From Burkholderiaceae bacterium (GTDB taxonomy: Bacteria; Pseudomonadota; Gammaproteobacteria; Burkholderiales; Burkholderiaceae), in NCBI GenBank assembly GCA_947450225.1, contig CANFUO010000003.1:1633-65632 (forward strand): a stretch of 64,000 bases of DNA, read 5' to 3'. A model generated the notes under the pieces. It searched no databases and was not told the origin of the DNA. It was given only the letters and a program-made list of their open reading frames with translations. This document shows, piece by piece, positions 21,038 through 31,877 of the stretch. The translations under genes and the position numbers were made by a program. How positions within the stretch are numbered: the first letter of the stretch is position 1; each line of letters opens with the position of its first letter.

Positions 21038-21691
21038 ATGTCTGTATACCAGCACCCCATTATTGCTAAAGAGGGATGGCCTTATTTGATAGGTCTTGGA
21101 ATTGTTGCTATTGTCCTGACAAAGTTTTTTGGGGTGTTAATTGCTCTGCCTGTATGGATTGTTTTTCTATTTGTATTACAGTTTTTTCGTGATCCACCAC
21201 GACTTGTACCCGTCGCGCCGAATGCAGTTTTAGCTCCGGCGGATGGAAAAATTGTTGTAGTAGAGAAGACCTTTGATCCATATGCCAAGAGAGACGCATT
21301 AAAAATCAGTATTTTTATGAACGTATTCAATGTCCATTCCAATCGGATTGCGGTTAATGGCAGAATCAAATCAATTGAATATTTTCCAGGAAAGTTTTTT
21401 AATGCGGATCTCGACAAAGCATCCCTTGAGAATGAAAGAAATGCAGTTGTTATTGATGCTAATGGACAAGTCATCACCCTTGTTCAGGTTGCAGGATTGA
21501 TTGCCCGCAGAATATTATGCTATGCCCATGTCGGTGATTTTGTAAAAAAGGGTGAGCGTTATGGATTCATTCGGTTTGGATCCCGGGTCGATGTTTATTT
21601 ACCACTAGAGTCGGAGCCCCTGGTTTCAGTAGGAGACACTGTTTATGCAACAAGTACACTGCTTGCCATATTGAGTGATTTAGATTCATGA
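21038..21691 (+). CDS. psd: Phosphatidylserine decarboxylase proenzyme (short type)
   Basis: 217 aa with N-terminal TM helices and a self-cleavage-type FGSRVD motif near the C-terminus. Starts 3 nt after the ilvC stop. Confidence 0.9.
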   Translation: MSVYQHPIIAKEGWPYLIGLGIVAIVLTKFFGVLIALPVWIVFLFVLQFFRDPPRLVPVAPNAVLAPADGKIVVVEKTFDPYAKRDALKISIFMNVFNVHSNRIAVNGRIKSIEYFPGKFFNADLDKASLENERNAVVIDANGQVITLVQVAGLIARRILCYAHVGDFVKKGERYGFIRFGSRVDVYLPLESEPLVSVGDTVYATSTLLAILSDLDS

Positions 21692-22551
21692 AATCTAGGC
21701 CACGTCCAAAGCGGCCTAAGATCTTTAGTCGCTCCAAAATCAATCGTCGCACAAGAAGTATCAATAATGAATTGGCTGTTGATGAACAAGAAGAGTTTAT
21801 TGTTCGCCCACGGAATAAGGCGATATACCTTCTGCCAAATGCATTTACGACGGGAGCATTATTTTTCGGTTTTTTTGCTATCGTACAAGCCATGAATCAA
21901 CATTGGGAGGTGGCTTCAATAGCGATATTTTGCTCGTTGATTTTAGATGGCATGGATGGACGCATTGCGCGCATGACAAATACGCAAAGCGCTTTTGGAG
22001 AGCAATACGATTCTCTGGCGGACATGGTCTCATTTGGTGTAGCTCCAGCACTGGTTGCTTATGAGTGGGCATTAAAGGGCTTAGGTAAATGGGGGTGGGT
22101 AGCCGCCTTTATCTATTGTGCCGGTGCAGCGTTGCGTTTAGCTAGGTTCAATATTAGTACGGGAATTATTGATAAAAAGTTTTTTCAAGGCTTGCCAAGT
22201 CCTGCAGCTGCTTCGATTGTTGCTGGATTTGTTTGGTTGGCAGAAGACAATCATTTACCGGTAAACGACGCAGCGATTCCTTGGACGATGTTTTTTTTGA
22301 CCGTTTATGCTGGTATCACTATGGTATCTAATGCCAAGTTCTATAGCGGCAAGGCATTAGACATCCGTTATAAAGTATCGTTTGGCGTGATGGTTTTTGT
22401 TATTTTAGTGTTTGTATTGGTTTCAACTTACCCACCATTGACCATTTTTTGCTTTTTTCTTTTATATGCATTTTCTGGATACGTATTATGGATTTGGGAA
22501 CGATATAAGAATAATCGGCTTATCAAAATAGCCCATGAACAAGAAAAATGA
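21688..22551 (+). CDS. pssA: CDP-diacylglycerol--serine O-phosphatidyltransferase
   Basis: CDP-alcohol phosphatidyltransferase motif DGRIAR-x8-G-x3-D-x3-D ([27 protein letters not shown]). ATGA overlap with psd. Confidence 0.92.
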   Translation: MKSRPRPKRPKIFSRSKINRRTRSINNELAVDEQEEFIVRPRNKAIYLLPNAFTTGALFFGFFAIVQAMNQHWEVASIAIFCSLILDGMDGRIARMTNTQSAFGEQYDSLADMVSFGVAPALVAYEWALKGLGKWGWVAAFIYCAGAALRLARFNISTGIIDKKFFQGLPSPAAASIVAGFVWLAEDNHLPVNDAAIPWTMFFLTVYAGITMVSNAKFYSGKALDIRYKVSFGVMVFVILVFVLVSTYPPLTIFCFFLLYAFSGYVLWIWERYKNNRLIKIAHEQEK

Positions 22552-22582
22552 CACAATCACTATTTCGGTGTATAGTAAAAGT

Positions 22583-22669
22583 ATGAATTTCACAGCCAAA
22601 TCTTTATTACTGCCAAACCTACTAGGACTTGATTTAAAAATCGGGGCCAGTATTAGGGCGCATCAATAA
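22583..22669 (+). CDS. Candidate leucine leader peptide (28 aa)
   Basis: ATG..TAA ORF encoding MNFTAKSLLLPNLLGLDLKIGASIRAHQ. Seven Leu fall within 11 residues, including three consecutive (TTA TTA CTG). It lies between pssA and leuA. Too short for the ORF track. The Shine-Dalgarno is weak. Confidence 0.55.
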   Translation: MNFTAKSLLLPNLLGLDLKIGASIRAHQ

Positions 22670-22695
22670 AATAAGATTGAAGCTCACAATACCAG

Positions 22696-22720
22696 CCCCA
22701 GCAAATTTGCTGGGGTTTTT
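22696..22720 (+). terminator. Intrinsic terminator (candidate attenuator) preceding leuA
   Basis: Perfect palindrome CCCCAGCAAA/TTTGCTGGGG (22696..22715) followed by T5 (22716..22720), 32 nt upstream of the leuA ATG. Confidence 0.7.
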
Positions 22721-22752
22721 GCTTTAAGGAATCACGTTTTAGGAGAATGAAA

Positions 22753-24312
22753 ATGAATCAAACGACAGAAGACAAAATTATCATTTTTGACACGACTCTT
22801 CGAGATGGTGAACAGTCGCCAGGTGCATCTATGACAAAAGAAGAGAAGGTCAGAATTGCACGTCAATTAGAAAGACTCAAGGTGGATGTCATAGAGGCTG
22901 GCTTTGCGGCGAGCTCACCTGGTGATTTTGAGGCGATTAAAGCGGTTGCCGCTGCGGTTAAAGACTCAACTATCTGTTCCTTGGCTCGTGCAAATGACAA
23001 AGATATCGCCAAAGCAGCTGAAGCGATAGCGGCAGCCAACTCAAAAAGAATTCATGTGTTTCTTGCAACGAGTGAATTGCACATGAAAATGAAATTACGA
23101 ATGACAAGAGAGCAGGTATTAGAGCAGGCAATTCAATCAATTCGTTATGCGCGCAACTTTACGGATGATATTGAGTTCTCCCCAGAGGATGGCTATCGTT
23201 CTGACCCTGAATTTTTGTACCAAGTTCTTGAGGCAGTTATTAAAGAGGGGGCGACTACGATTAATGTCCCTGATACTGTTGGATACGCTATTCCTGAGTT
23301 ATACGGAGAATTTATATTAGATTTACGTAACAAAATCCCTAACTCTGACAAGGCGATTTGGTCTGTCCATTGCCACAATGACCTAGGGCTTGCCGTTGCG
23401 AATTCTTTAGCTGGCGTTCGGATTGGTGGGGCTAGACAAATTGAATGTACCATTAATGGGCTGGGGGAGCGGGCTGGGAATACGTCTCTTGAAGAAGTTG
23501 TGATGGCTTTGAAAACAAGAAAAGACTATTTCAACTTAACCGTGGGAACAGAAATCTCTCAAATTGTTTCGAGCTCAAAAATGGTATCTCAAATCACTGG
23601 ATTTTTGGTGCAACCTAATAAAGCGGTTGTTGGAGCCAATGCATTTGCGCATGCATCCGGTATACATCAAGATGGCGTGTTAAAAGCCAGAAACACCTAT
23701 GAAATTATGCGTGCAGAGGATGTTGGATGGAGTGCTAATAAAATTGTATTAGGGAAATTATCTGGACGGAATGCCTTTAAACAGCGCTTACAGGAGTTGG
23801 GTGTAACGATGGACTCTGAGACCGATATCAACGAAGCTTTTGGTCGGTTTAAGGCCTTAGCTGATCAAAAAAGTGAAATTTTTGACGAAGATATCTTGGC
23901 AATAGTCTCTAATGCTGAATTAAGAGATGACACTGATCATTACCGGTTTGTTTCATTGGCACAGCATTCAGAGACAGGAGAGAAGCCACAATCATCGATT
24001 GTTTTGCAGGTGGCTGGACAAGAATGTAAAACGATGGCAGATGGTAATGGCCCAGTAGATGCAACATTAAACGCCATTGAAAAACAAGCGCAAAGTGGTG
24101 CTGAGTTACTCCTGTATTCGGTGAATGCGATCACGACTGGAACGCAATCTCAGGGGGAAGTTACAGTACGTTTAGCCAAAGGCGGGCGTGTGGTGAACGG
24201 TGTTGGAACAGATCCTGACATTGTGGCAGCCTCAGCAAAGGCATATTTGGCAGCATTAAATCGACTGCATGACCCATCGCAAGATAAATTGAATGCCCAG
24301 ATGACACCATAA
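22753..24312 (+). CDS. leuA: 2-isopropylmalate synthase
   Basis: Motifs [13 protein letters not shown] and [14 protein letters not shown], plus a C-terminal LeuA dimerisation/regulatory domain. AGGAG at 22741..22745 favours the ATG at 22753 over the ATG at 22747. Confidence 0.96.
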   Translation: MNQTTEDKIIIFDTTLRDGEQSPGASMTKEEKVRIARQLERLKVDVIEAGFAASSPGDFEAIKAVAAAVKDSTICSLARANDKDIAKAAEAIAAANSKRIHVFLATSELHMKMKLRMTREQVLEQAIQSIRYARNFTDDIEFSPEDGYRSDPEFLYQVLEAVIKEGATTINVPDTVGYAIPELYGEFILDLRNKIPNSDKAIWSVHCHNDLGLAVANSLAGVRIGGARQIECTINGLGERAGNTSLEEVVMALKTRKDYFNLTVGTEISQIVSSSKMVSQITGFLVQPNKAVVGANAFAHASGIHQDGVLKARNTYEIMRAEDVGWSANKIVLGKLSGRNAFKQRLQELGVTMDSETDINEAFGRFKALADQKSEIFDEDILAIVSNAELRDDTDHYRFVSLAQHSETGEKPQSSIVLQVAGQECKTMADGNGPVDATLNAIEKQAQSGAELLLYSVNAITTGTQSQGEVTVRLAKGGRVVNGVGTDPDIVAASAKAYLAALNRLHDPSQDKLNAQMTP

Positions 24313-24545
24313 TGAGTAATTGGAGCCCGAAAATCTATAAAATTAGTGGTTTAAGGTCTTTGATATTGGGGAAAGGTGGGCTTAATTAGGGTTTTTCGTG
24401 TGAAAACTTTTAAAAGTAGCCAATTCCTGATAGAATGTATGGCTATCTATATGAAAAGAGATAGAATTTTTTAATCACGGCACTCATGAGGTTTGGTCAA
24501 GTTGTAAGGGTCAAGCTTTGGTGTTCGCAAGTAAGGAGCAATAAA

Positions 24546-24815
24546 ATGGCTGTTAATACAGAAGCAAAAGCAGGTATTGTAAAAGAGCACGCTCGTGCAG
24601 AAAATGATACTGGTAGTCCAGAAGTGCAAGTTGCGCTTTTAACTGCCCGCATCAATGATTTAACCCCTCATTTCAAAGCAAATTTAAAAGATCACCATAG
24701 TCGTCGCGGCTTATTAAAGATGGTTTCTCGCCGTCGTCGTCTTTTAGATTACTTGAAGGGCAAGGATTTAGATCGTTATAAAGTATTAATTGAAAAATTA
24801 GGTTTACGTAAGTAA
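24546..24815 (+). CDS. rpsO: 30S ribosomal protein S15
   Basis: 89 aa ([15 protein letters not shown] ... [21 protein letters not shown]). AAGGAG Shine-Dalgarno upstream of the ATG at 24546. The ORF-track start at 24486 is an artefactual extension. Confidence 0.96.
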   Translation: MAVNTEAKAGIVKEHARAENDTGSPEVQVALLTARINDLTPHFKANLKDHHSRRGLLKMVSRRRRLLDYLKGKDLDRYKVLIEKLGLRK

Positions 24816-24822
24816 ATCAGAT

Positions 24823-24847
24823 ATGCCCGCACTTATAAAGCGGGCAT
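24823..24847 (+). terminator. rpsO terminator hairpin
   Basis: Stem ATGCCCGC / GCGGGCAT with a 9-nt loop, followed by a T-rich stretch TATTGTTTT. Confidence 0.7.
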
Positions 24848-24907
24848 TATTGTTTTATCGGTAGTAATAGAGAGTTAAGGTTTATCAAGAAATAAATGGG
24901 TATGTGT

Positions 24908-25052
24908 CATTCCAATGTTGTTGTTAAACATGGGATTAGAGCAACATTGGAATGGCATGCCCTTTCTTGTTCATTTCGGCAATAAATCTCATTCTCTATC
25001 GTACGAACGGATTAAATCACCGTCGGTAAGTGACGCAATGATGTTTTGCGTC
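24908..25052 (+). promoter_or_regulatory. Structured pnp 5' leader (long stem-loop plus second hairpin)
   Basis: Perfect 13-bp inverted repeat CATTCCAATGTTG (24908..24920) / CAACATTGGAATG (24942..24954). Second 7-bp hairpin GACGCAA/TTGCGTC at 25032..25052, 25 nt before the pnp ATG. Confidence 0.6.
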
Positions 25053-25077
25053 TAATGTTAATGAATTGGAGAAAAAG

Positions 25078-27264
25078 ATGAGTATGTTTAATAAAGTAAC
25101 AAAAACGTTTCAATGGGGTAAGCACACAGTAAAAATGGAAACGGGCGAGATTGCAAGACAATCTGGCGGTGCTGTAATGATAGATGTTGATGACACAGTG
25201 ATTTTAGCAACCGTTGTAGCTGCTAAAAACGCAAAGCCTGGCCAAGATTTTTTCCCTTTAACTGTTGATTACATCGAAAAAACGTATGCTGCAGGAAAAA
25301 TCCCTGGTGGATTTTTTAGGCGCGAAGGTCGTCCATCGGAAGGTGAGACACTCACTTCACGTTTAATTGATCGTCCGATCCGTCCATTATTTCCAGAAGA
25401 TTTTTATAATGAAGTTCAGATTGTGATTCACGTCATGTCGATCAATCCTGAAGTTCCTGCTGATATCCCTGCATTAATAGGCGCATCCGCTGCACTAGCG
25501 ATCTCAGGTATTCCATTTCATGGCCCATTAGGAGCGGCAAGAGTTGGCTATAAAGACGGCGAGTACTTGCTCAATCCGACACGTTCGGAACAGTTAGAGA
25601 GCCAATTAGACTTAATCGTTGCAGGCACTCAAAATGCAGTATTGATGGTTGAATCTGAAGCTCATGAATTATCTGAAGAGATCATGTTGGGTGGAGTAGT
25701 TTACGGACATGAGCAAGCTAAAATTGCTATTGATGCCATTCAAGAATTAGTGCGTGACGCAGGTAAACCAGAATGGGATTGGAAGCCAGCGCCGAAGAAT
25801 GAAGAACTCATTACTAAAGTCACAGCTCTTGCCGAGGAAGGCCTTCGTGCGGCATATCAAATTCGTCAAAAGCAAGCTCGTTCTACTGAGTTAAAGCAAG
25901 TAACTGCAAAAGTACTCGAGCAATTAGCTGCTGATGGAGATGTAGATGACGTCGCTGTAGGTAATATCTTATTTGGCTTAGAGTCTAAGATTGTTCGCAG
26001 CCAAGTTTTAAGTGGTGAGCCACGTATTGATGGACGTGATACAAGAACTGTTCGTCCGATTGAGATTCGTACAGGTGTATTGCCACGTACTCATGGATCC
26101 GCTTTATTTACACGTGGTGAAACACAGGCCTTGGTCGTTGCAACTTTAGGAACAGCAAGAGATGAACAAATCATTGATGCGCTTGAAGGCGAATATCGTG
26201 ACCGCTTTATGTTCCATTACAACATGCCTCCATTTGCCACTGGTGAAACAGGTCGCGTTGGAACCCCTAAGCGTCGTGAAATTGGTCATGGTCGTTTAGC
26301 CAAGCGTGCGTTGATACCTGTTCTACCTAAATCAGAAGATTTTGCCTATAGCATTCGTTTGGTTTCAGAAATCACAGAATCAAACGGTTCTTCATCGATG
26401 GCATCAGTATGTGGCGGTTGTTTGGCATTGATGGATGCAGGTGTTCCAATTAAGGCGCATGTTGCAGGTGTGGCGATGGGACTCATTTTAGACGGCAACC
26501 GTTTTGCAGTATTGACGGATATCTTAGGCGATGAAGATCATTTAGGTGATATGGACTTTAAAGTCGCTGGTACCGCGAATGGTGTAACAGCATTGCAGAT
26601 GGATATTAAAGTTCAGGGAATTACAAAAGAAATTATGCAAGTAGCTTTGGCGCAAGCTAAAGAAGGTCGTTTGCATATTCTGTCGAAGATGCAAGAATCG
26701 ATGTCAGTCGTTCGTACTGAGTTATCTGAGCATGCACCAAGAATGGTAACCATTAAGATTCATCCAGACAAAATACGTGAAGTGATTGGTAAAGGTGGAG
26801 CAACTATTCAGGCCTTGACTAAGGAAACTGGATGCAGCATTGATATTCAGGATGACGGTACAGTAACGATTGCATCTACAAGTGCAACAGGTATGGAAGA
26901 AGCGAAGCGTCAAATTGAAGGAATTACTGCTGAGGCTGAAGTTGGCAAGATCTATGAAGGCCCAGTTGTGAAGATATTGGAATTTGGTGCTTTGGTTAAT
27001 ATCCTTCCTGGCAAAGACGGCTTATTACATATTTCTGAAATTGCCCATGAGCGCGTTAAAGAAGTTAAAGACTTCTTGTCAGAAGGTCAGATTGTTAAGG
27101 TTAAATTACTTGCTGCTGATGATCGTGGACGTTTAAAGTTATCGATGAAAGCTTTATCGCCAGAAGAGGGTGGACCTGTTCCGGCCGTTGCTCAGCAGGC
27201 TAGTGTTGCAGTTGAAGAGCCTGTGGCTTCCCCAGCAGGTGAACAACCAGCTGACCAGCAGTAA
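25078..27264 (+). CDS. pnp: Polyribonucleotide nucleotidyltransferase (PNPase)
   Basis: Two RNase PH domains ([14 protein letters not shown]), then KH and S1 domains and an acidic/proline-rich tail. GGAG lies 6 nt upstream of the ATG at 25078. The ORF-track TTG start is at 25066. Confidence 0.97.
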   Translation: MSMFNKVTKTFQWGKHTVKMETGEIARQSGGAVMIDVDDTVILATVVAAKNAKPGQDFFPLTVDYIEKTYAAGKIPGGFFRREGRPSEGETLTSRLIDRPIRPLFPEDFYNEVQIVIHVMSINPEVPADIPALIGASAALAISGIPFHGPLGAARVGYKDGEYLLNPTRSEQLESQLDLIVAGTQNAVLMVESEAHELSEEIMLGGVVYGHEQAKIAIDAIQELVRDAGKPEWDWKPAPKNEELITKVTALAEEGLRAAYQIRQKQARSTELKQVTAKVLEQLAADGDVDDVAVGNILFGLESKIVRSQVLSGEPRIDGRDTRTVRPIEIRTGVLPRTHGSALFTRGETQALVVATLGTARDEQIIDALEGEYRDRFMFHYNMPPFATGETGRVGTPKRREIGHGRLAKRALIPVLPKSEDFAYSIRLVSEITESNGSSSMASVCGGCLALMDAGVPIKAHVAGVAMGLILDGNRFAVLTDILGDEDHLGDMDFKVAGTANGVTALQMDIKVQGITKEIMQVALAQAKEGRLHILSKMQESMSVVRTELSEHAPRMVTIKIHPDKIREVIGKGGATIQALTKETGCSIDIQDDGTVTIASTSATGMEEAKRQIEGITAEAEVGKIYEGPVVKILEFGALVNILPGKDGLLHISEIAHERVKEVKDFLSEGQIVKVKLLAADDRGRLKLSMKALSPEEGGPVPAVAQQASVAVEEPVASPAGEQPADQQ

Positions 27265-27278
27265 TTAATGTTATTGAT

Positions 27279-28040
27279 ATGCGCTCCATGCTCATCATCG
27301 CGAATTGGAAATTAAATGGTAATTGGTCATTTAATGAAGAGTATGCGAGTGCTTTATCAAATGGCTTAAGAGGTGTTGATTTAACCAGTCGTCAGATTAT
27401 CATTTGCCCGCCAAGTATTTACTTGCAGCAAATGAATGGTTTATTGGTTGACCAAGAAATTTATTTGGGTGGTCAAGACCTATCTGACGAGACTGCTGGA
27501 GCATTTACTGGAGAAATTTCTGGTGTCATGCTCAAAGAGTTTGGATGTCGATATGTTTTGGTTGGTCATTCTGAGAGACGCTTGAAGTATCAAGAGTCAA
27601 ATGAATTGATCGTTAAAAAAGCCTTAAATGCTATCGCAGCAGGCCTAAAGCCTGTAGTTTGTATTGGTGAAACACAAGAGCAGCGACAAAGTTTGCAGGC
27701 TGAGAAGGTATTATCTGAGCAGATGACTGCACTTATAGACGGATTAGGTCAACAAATTGAGCAGATTGTTTTGGCCTATGAGCCTATTTGGGCAATTGGA
27801 ACCGGACAAACGGCTAGTGCCCTGCAAGCTCAAGAAGTGCATGCATTGTTAAGGGGTATGCTTGAGAAGGTAAGTCCATTAGTTGCTCAAAACATGCAGA
27901 TTATTTATGGTGGAAGTGTGAAGGCTGAAAATGCCGAAGAGTTATTAAGGATGTCCGATATTGATGGTTTATTGGTAGGTGGAGCATCCTTAGTGGTTGC
28001 AGAATTTTTATCTATTTGCACAGCAAATAGAGCTACATAG
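27279..28040 (+). CDS. tpiA: Triose-phosphate isomerase
   Basis: Motifs ANWKLNG, VGHSERR, AYEPIWAIGTG and GGASL. Confidence 0.95.
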   Translation: MRSMLIIANWKLNGNWSFNEEYASALSNGLRGVDLTSRQIIICPPSIYLQQMNGLLVDQEIYLGGQDLSDETAGAFTGEISGVMLKEFGCRYVLVGHSERRLKYQESNELIVKKALNAIAAGLKPVVCIGETQEQRQSLQAEKVLSEQMTALIDGLGQQIEQIVLAYEPIWAIGTGQTASALQAQEVHALLRGMLEKVSPLVAQNMQIIYGGSVKAENAEELLRMSDIDGLLVGGASLVVAEFLSICTANRAT

Positions 28041-28054
28041 GAAAGGTGGTAAAA

Positions 28055-28408
28055 ATGGAATGGTTAAAAACTGTACTCATGGTTGTGCAAATTATTTCAG
28101 CAATTGGAATTATTGGGCTTGTTTTGGTGCAACAGGGCAAAGGGGCTGATATGGGAGCTGCTTTTGGTTCTGGAGCTTCTGGAAGTATTTTTGGGGCAAC
28201 TGGGTCGTCTAATTTTTTATCTAGAACTACAGGAATCTTAGCTGCTGTATTTTTCTTGTCGACTTTATCGATTAGTTATGTAGGGACTAAGCATGAAAAT
28301 GACGCAGGAGTCTTATCCAAGTCGACTACAGTGACTACTCCAGAGAAGGCTGTAAAAGACGCAGAAAAAGAAGCCGACTCTAGTGTAGGGTCTTCCGTAC
28401 CAAAATAA
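28055..28408 (+). CDS. secG: Preprotein translocase subunit SecG
   Basis: About 117 aa with two TM helices flanking the glycine-rich segment GKGADMGAAFGSGASGSIFGATGSSNFLSR. ATG at 28055. Canonical position between tpiA and tRNA-Leu. Confidence 0.9.
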   Translation: MEWLKTVLMVVQIISAIGIIGLVLVQQGKGADMGAAFGSGASGSIFGATGSSNFLSRTTGILAAVFFLSTLSISYVGTKHENDAGVLSKSTTVTTPEKAVKDAEKEADSSVGSSVPK

Positions 28409-28478
28409 AGAATAAAAGAAAGAAATTATTTTGCCCTTATGTACCAAAAGGGCTAAAATAACACCTTGATTTACAGAT

Positions 28479-28564
28479 GCCGTCGTGGTGGAATTGGTAG
28501 ACACGCTATCTTGAGGGGGTAGTGGCCTATGGCTGTGCGAGTTCGAGTCTCGCCGACGGCACCA
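28479..28564 (+). tRNA. tRNA-Leu (anticodon GAG), type II with long variable arm, CCA encoded
   Basis: Folded by hand. Acceptor stem GCCGTCG/CGACGGC. Anticodon stem CTATC/GGTAG with loop TTGAGGG. Variable arm GGCC-TAT-GGCT. T arm GCGAG-TTCGAGT-CTCGC. Discriminator A followed by CCA. Confidence 0.92.
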
Positions 28565-28649
28565 AGTTTTATTTCTGTCATTAAATATGCTCTACAATCT
28601 TACTTGTGAATATGTAATTTTTTTGACATAAATAAATTGTGGAACAAAA

Positions 28650-29009
28650 TTGAACCTCGGTAACTATCTCCCAGTCTTTTTATTTATATTGGTCGGCATA
28701 GGCGTTGGCCTTGTACCGATGGCGCTAGGTAAGCTTCTTGGGCCATCAAATCCTGACCCCGAAAAAATATCCCCTTACGAATGTGGATTTGATGCATTTG
28801 AAGACGCACGAATGAAGTTTGACGTTCGTTACTATCTTGTTGCGATTTTATTTATCTTATTTGATTTAGAGACTGCATTTTTATTTCCGTGGGGAGTAGC
28901 ACTCAAGGAAATAGGATGGGCTGGATATTTATCGATGATTGTTTTTCTGTTGGAATTCGTGGTTGGGTTTGTATATATTTGGAAAAAGGGAGCTCTTGAC
29001 TGGGAATAG
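28650..29009 (+). CDS. nuoA: NADH-quinone oxidoreductase subunit A
   Basis: 119 aa, TTG start, 3 TM. Conserved segment YECGF and typical N-terminus [12 protein letters not shown]. Confidence 0.93.
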   Translation: MNLGNYLPVFLFILVGIGVGLVPMALGKLLGPSNPDPEKISPYECGFDAFEDARMKFDVRYYLVAILFILFDLETAFLFPWGVALKEIGWAGYLSMIVFLLEFVVGFVYIWKKGALDWE

Positions 29010-29031
29010 TTAAGAGCCAATAAAAAAAGAT

Positions 29032-29514
29032 ATGGCGCTAGAAGGTTTATTAAAAGAAGGTTTTGTCACGATGTCAGCAGATAAGCTGATTAACTGGACG
29101 AGAACTGGTTCGTTATGGCCAATGACATTTGGTTTAGCTTGTTGTGCTGTAGAAATGATGCATGCAGGAGCTGCTAGGTACGACTTGGATCGTTTTGGGG
29201 TTGTTTTTAGACCTTCACCACGCCAATCTGACTTGATGATTGTGGCCGGTACACTCTGTAATAAAATGGCACCAGCGTTGCGTAAAGTGTATGACCAAAT
29301 GCCTGAGCCACGCTGGGTTTTATCGATGGGATCATGCGCTAATGGTGGCGGGTACTATCACTACTCTTATTCTGTTGTAAGAGGGTGTGACCGTATTGTT
29401 CCTGTTGATGTCTATGTTCCAGGATGTCCCCCAACTGCAGAAGCTTTGATGTACGGGATTATTCAATTACAAGCCAAAATACGACGTACTTCGACCATTG
29501 CTAGAAAAGAATAG
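29032..29514 (+). CDS. nuoB: NADH-quinone oxidoreductase subunit B
   Basis: 160 aa with N2-cluster cysteines in [10 protein letters not shown] ... GSCANGGG ... GCPP. Confidence 0.96.
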   Translation: MALEGLLKEGFVTMSADKLINWTRTGSLWPMTFGLACCAVEMMHAGAARYDLDRFGVVFRPSPRQSDLMIVAGTLCNKMAPALRKVYDQMPEPRWVLSMGSCANGGGYYHYSYSVVRGCDRIVPVDVYVPGCPPTAEALMYGIIQLQAKIRRTSTIARKE

Positions 29515-29519
29515 TATCA

Positions 29520-30113
29520 ATGATGAATGAAAGCCTTGTTCTACTTCAACAACAACTAGAAAAATCCTTTGGTAGCTTTGCCAAAATTGATGCGCGACTT
29601 AATGAATTAACGATGACAGTCCCTGCTGAGCATTATTTAAAAACGGCTACACAATTACGGGATGAACCTGCATTTGCTTTTGAGCAGTTAATTGATCTAT
29701 GTGGTGTGGATTACCAGTCATACGGTGACACAGTTTGGTCGGGACTACGTTTTGGTGTGGTTTCTCACTTGCTATCAGTGAGTAAAAACTGGCGTGTTCG
29801 TTTAATTGTATTGGTGAGTAATGATGATTTCCCCGTGATTCCAAGTTTGATGAATGTTTGGAGTTCTGCGAATTGGTATGAGCGAGAGGCTTTTGATCTC
29901 TTCGGTATTATTTTTGAAGGCCATGATGATTTAAGAAGAATTCTGACAGATTATGGATTTATAGGTCATCCATTTAGAAAAGATTTCCCAGTGTCAGGTC
30001 AAGTTGAAATGCGCTACGACCCAGAACAAAAACGGGTCATTTATCAACCCATAACAATTGAACCGCGTGAAGTCATACCGCGCATCATTCGTGAAGAAAA
30101 TTACGGGGCTTGA
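29520..30113 (+). CDS. nuoC: NADH-quinone oxidoreductase subunit C
   Basis: 197 aa with conserved [20 protein letters not shown]. Confidence 0.95.
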   Translation: MMNESLVLLQQQLEKSFGSFAKIDARLNELTMTVPAEHYLKTATQLRDEPAFAFEQLIDLCGVDYQSYGDTVWSGLRFGVVSHLLSVSKNWRVRLIVLVSNDDFPVIPSLMNVWSSANWYEREAFDLFGIIFEGHDDLRRILTDYGFIGHPFRKDFPVSGQVEMRYDPEQKRVIYQPITIEPREVIPRIIREENYGA

Positions 30114-30114
30114 T

Positions 30115-31368
30115 ATGGCAGAAATTAAAAATTACACCCTGAATTTTGGCCCCCAGCATCCTGCAGCGCATGGCGTACTCCGTTTGGTATTGGAGTTGGA
30201 TGGTGAAGTGATTCAGCGTGCTGACCCGCATATTGGTTTATTACATAGAGCTACTGAGAAACTTGCTGAAACGAGAACCTGGGTACAAAACGTGCCCTAT
30301 ATGGATCGTTTAGATTATGTTTCCATGATGGCCAATGAGCATGCGTATGTGATGGCAATAGAAAAATTATTGCAGATTGAGGTTCCTGAGCGGGCGCAAT
30401 ATATTCGTGTCATGTTCGATGAAATTACGCGACTTCTCAATCACTTATTGTGGATTGGATGTCATGGTTTAGATGTAGGGGCGATGGCTGTTTTCTTGTA
30501 CGCATTTAGAGAGCGTGAAGATTTATTTGATATGTATGAGGCAGTCTCAGGTGCGCGTATGCATGCTGCATATTACCGACCAGGTGGCGTTTATCGTGAC
30601 TTACCTGACCAAATGCCGCAGTACACCGCAAACAAAATACGTGGTGAGAAGGCCATTAAGAAAATCAATGAAAACCGAACAGGTTCTTTATTAGATTTCA
30701 TTGAAGACTTTACCAATCGTTTCCCAAATTATGTTGATGAATATGAAACGCTCCTTACGGATAACCGTATCTGGAAGCAACGTTTAGTTGGTATTGGAGT
30801 GGTTACACCTGAGCGTGCTTTGCAACTTGGGTTTACAGGTGCAATGTTAAGGGGTTCAGGTATCGAGTGGGACCTTCGTAAAAAGCAGCCTTATGAAGTG
30901 TATGACAAATTAAAATTTGACATACCTGTTGGCGTGAATGGCGATAGTTATGATCGTTATTTAGTTCGGGTGGAAGAGATGCGCCAGTCGAATAATATTA
31001 TCAAGCAGTGTATAACTTGGTTAAGAGCTAATCCAGGGCCGGTCATTAGTGACAATCATAAAATTGCTGTCCCAAATCGTGTGGATATGAAGTCCAACAT
31101 GGAAGAGTTGATCCATCACTTTAAATTATTTACTGAGGGAATTCATGTGCCGCCGGGCCAAGCCTATGCTGCAGTTGAGCACCCTAAGGGCGAGTTTGGG
31201 ATCTATGCAATTTCAGATGGCGCAAATAAGCCATACCGATTAAAAATTCGTGCCCCAGGATTCCCACACTTAGCAGCGTTAGATGAAATGGCTAGAGGGC
31301 ACATGATTGCTGATGCAGTAACCATTATTGGAACGCAAGATATTGTGTTTGGCGAAATAGATCGTTAG
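30115..31368 (+). CDS. nuoD: NADH-quinone oxidoreductase subunit D
   Basis: 417 aa from the ATG at 30115 ([23 protein letters not shown]), directly after the nuoC TGA. The ORF-track start at 30058 overlaps nuoC. Confidence 0.96.
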   Translation: MAEIKNYTLNFGPQHPAAHGVLRLVLELDGEVIQRADPHIGLLHRATEKLAETRTWVQNVPYMDRLDYVSMMANEHAYVMAIEKLLQIEVPERAQYIRVMFDEITRLLNHLLWIGCHGLDVGAMAVFLYAFREREDLFDMYEAVSGARMHAAYYRPGGVYRDLPDQMPQYTANKIRGEKAIKKINENRTGSLLDFIEDFTNRFPNYVDEYETLLTDNRIWKQRLVGIGVVTPERALQLGFTGAMLRGSGIEWDLRKKQPYEVYDKLKFDIPVGVNGDSYDRYLVRVEEMRQSNNIIKQCITWLRANPGPVISDNHKIAVPNRVDMKSNMEELIHHFKLFTEGIHVPPGQAYAAVEHPKGEFGIYAISDGANKPYRLKIRAPGFPHLAALDEMARGHMIADAVTIIGTQDIVFGEIDR

Positions 31369-31378
31369 GAAAAAAGAG

Positions 31379-31873
31379 ATGCTGTCGGAAAAATCTTTAA
31401 AAGAAATTGCGCGTAATGTAGCCAAGTACCCTGCTGAGCAGAAACAATCAGCGGTAATGGCTGCTTTAGCAGTGGCTCAAGATGAGTATGGCTGGTTATC
31501 AGCTGAGGCGATTGCAGAAGTTGCACAAATTTTAGAAATGCCGGCGATTTGGGTTCAAGAAGTTGCGACCTTTTACAACATGTACAACACTGCACCCGCT
31601 GGAAAATTTAAATTATCAGTATGCACAAACTTACCTTGTGAGTTATCTGGTGGCAAAAGAGCGGCTGAATATTTAAAACAAAAATTAGGCATTGGCTTTG
31701 GTCAAACAACATCATGTGGAACATTTACTCTGGTTGAAGGGGAGTGTATGGGCGCTTGTGGAGATGCGCCAGTCGCTTTGATCAATAACAAAACAATGTG
31801 TAGTTGGATGACCAACGACAAGATAGATACTTTATTAGAAGAATTAACTGCAAGTGCGAAAGTGACAGGTTAG
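31379..31873 (+). CDS. nuoE: NADH-quinone oxidoreductase subunit E
   Basis: 164 aa with thioredoxin-like 2Fe-2S cysteines (VCTNLPC ... [10 protein letters not shown]). Confidence 0.95.
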   Translation: MLSEKSLKEIARNVAKYPAEQKQSAVMAALAVAQDEYGWLSAEAIAEVAQILEMPAIWVQEVATFYNMYNTAPAGKFKLSVCTNLPCELSGGKRAAEYLKQKLGIGFGQTTSCGTFTLVEGECMGACGDAPVALINNKTMCSWMTNDKIDTLLEELTASAKVTG

Positions 31874-31877
31874 AACA

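Noticed and set aside
21082-21477. 131-aa antisense ORF inside psd. Similar antisense or alternative-frame ORFs occur at 1643..1909, 3271..4569, 33570..34265, 59482..59823 and 60467..60829.
   Set aside because: All are embedded in strongly supported conserved genes and show no recognisable domains or ribosome-binding sites. I treat them as shadow ORFs.
28313-28504. 63-aa minus-strand ORF spanning the secG end and the tRNA-Leu start.
   Set aside because: It overlaps a well-folding tRNA gene and the secG 3' end, with no supporting signals.
28409-28649. tRNA-Leu as a possible integration hotspot (genomic island, integrase, att repeats).
   Set aside because: nuoA follows 85 nt after the tRNA. 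There is no integrase, no direct repeat of the tRNA 3' end and no foreign genes.
28623-28651. Perfect TTGACA hexamer just upstream of nuoA, considered as a promoter -35.
   Set aside because: A -10 at the correct spacing would put the transcription start at or inside the nuoA start codon. Probably fortuitous in AT-rich DNA.
30058-30114. ORF-track 5' extensions overlapping the preceding gene: nuoD at 30058, nuoJ at 37035, NUDIX at 43043, rpsO at 24486 and sigma at 17562.
   Set aside because: In each case an internal ATG reproduces the conserved N-terminus and abuts the upstream stop codon or a good Shine-Dalgarno.
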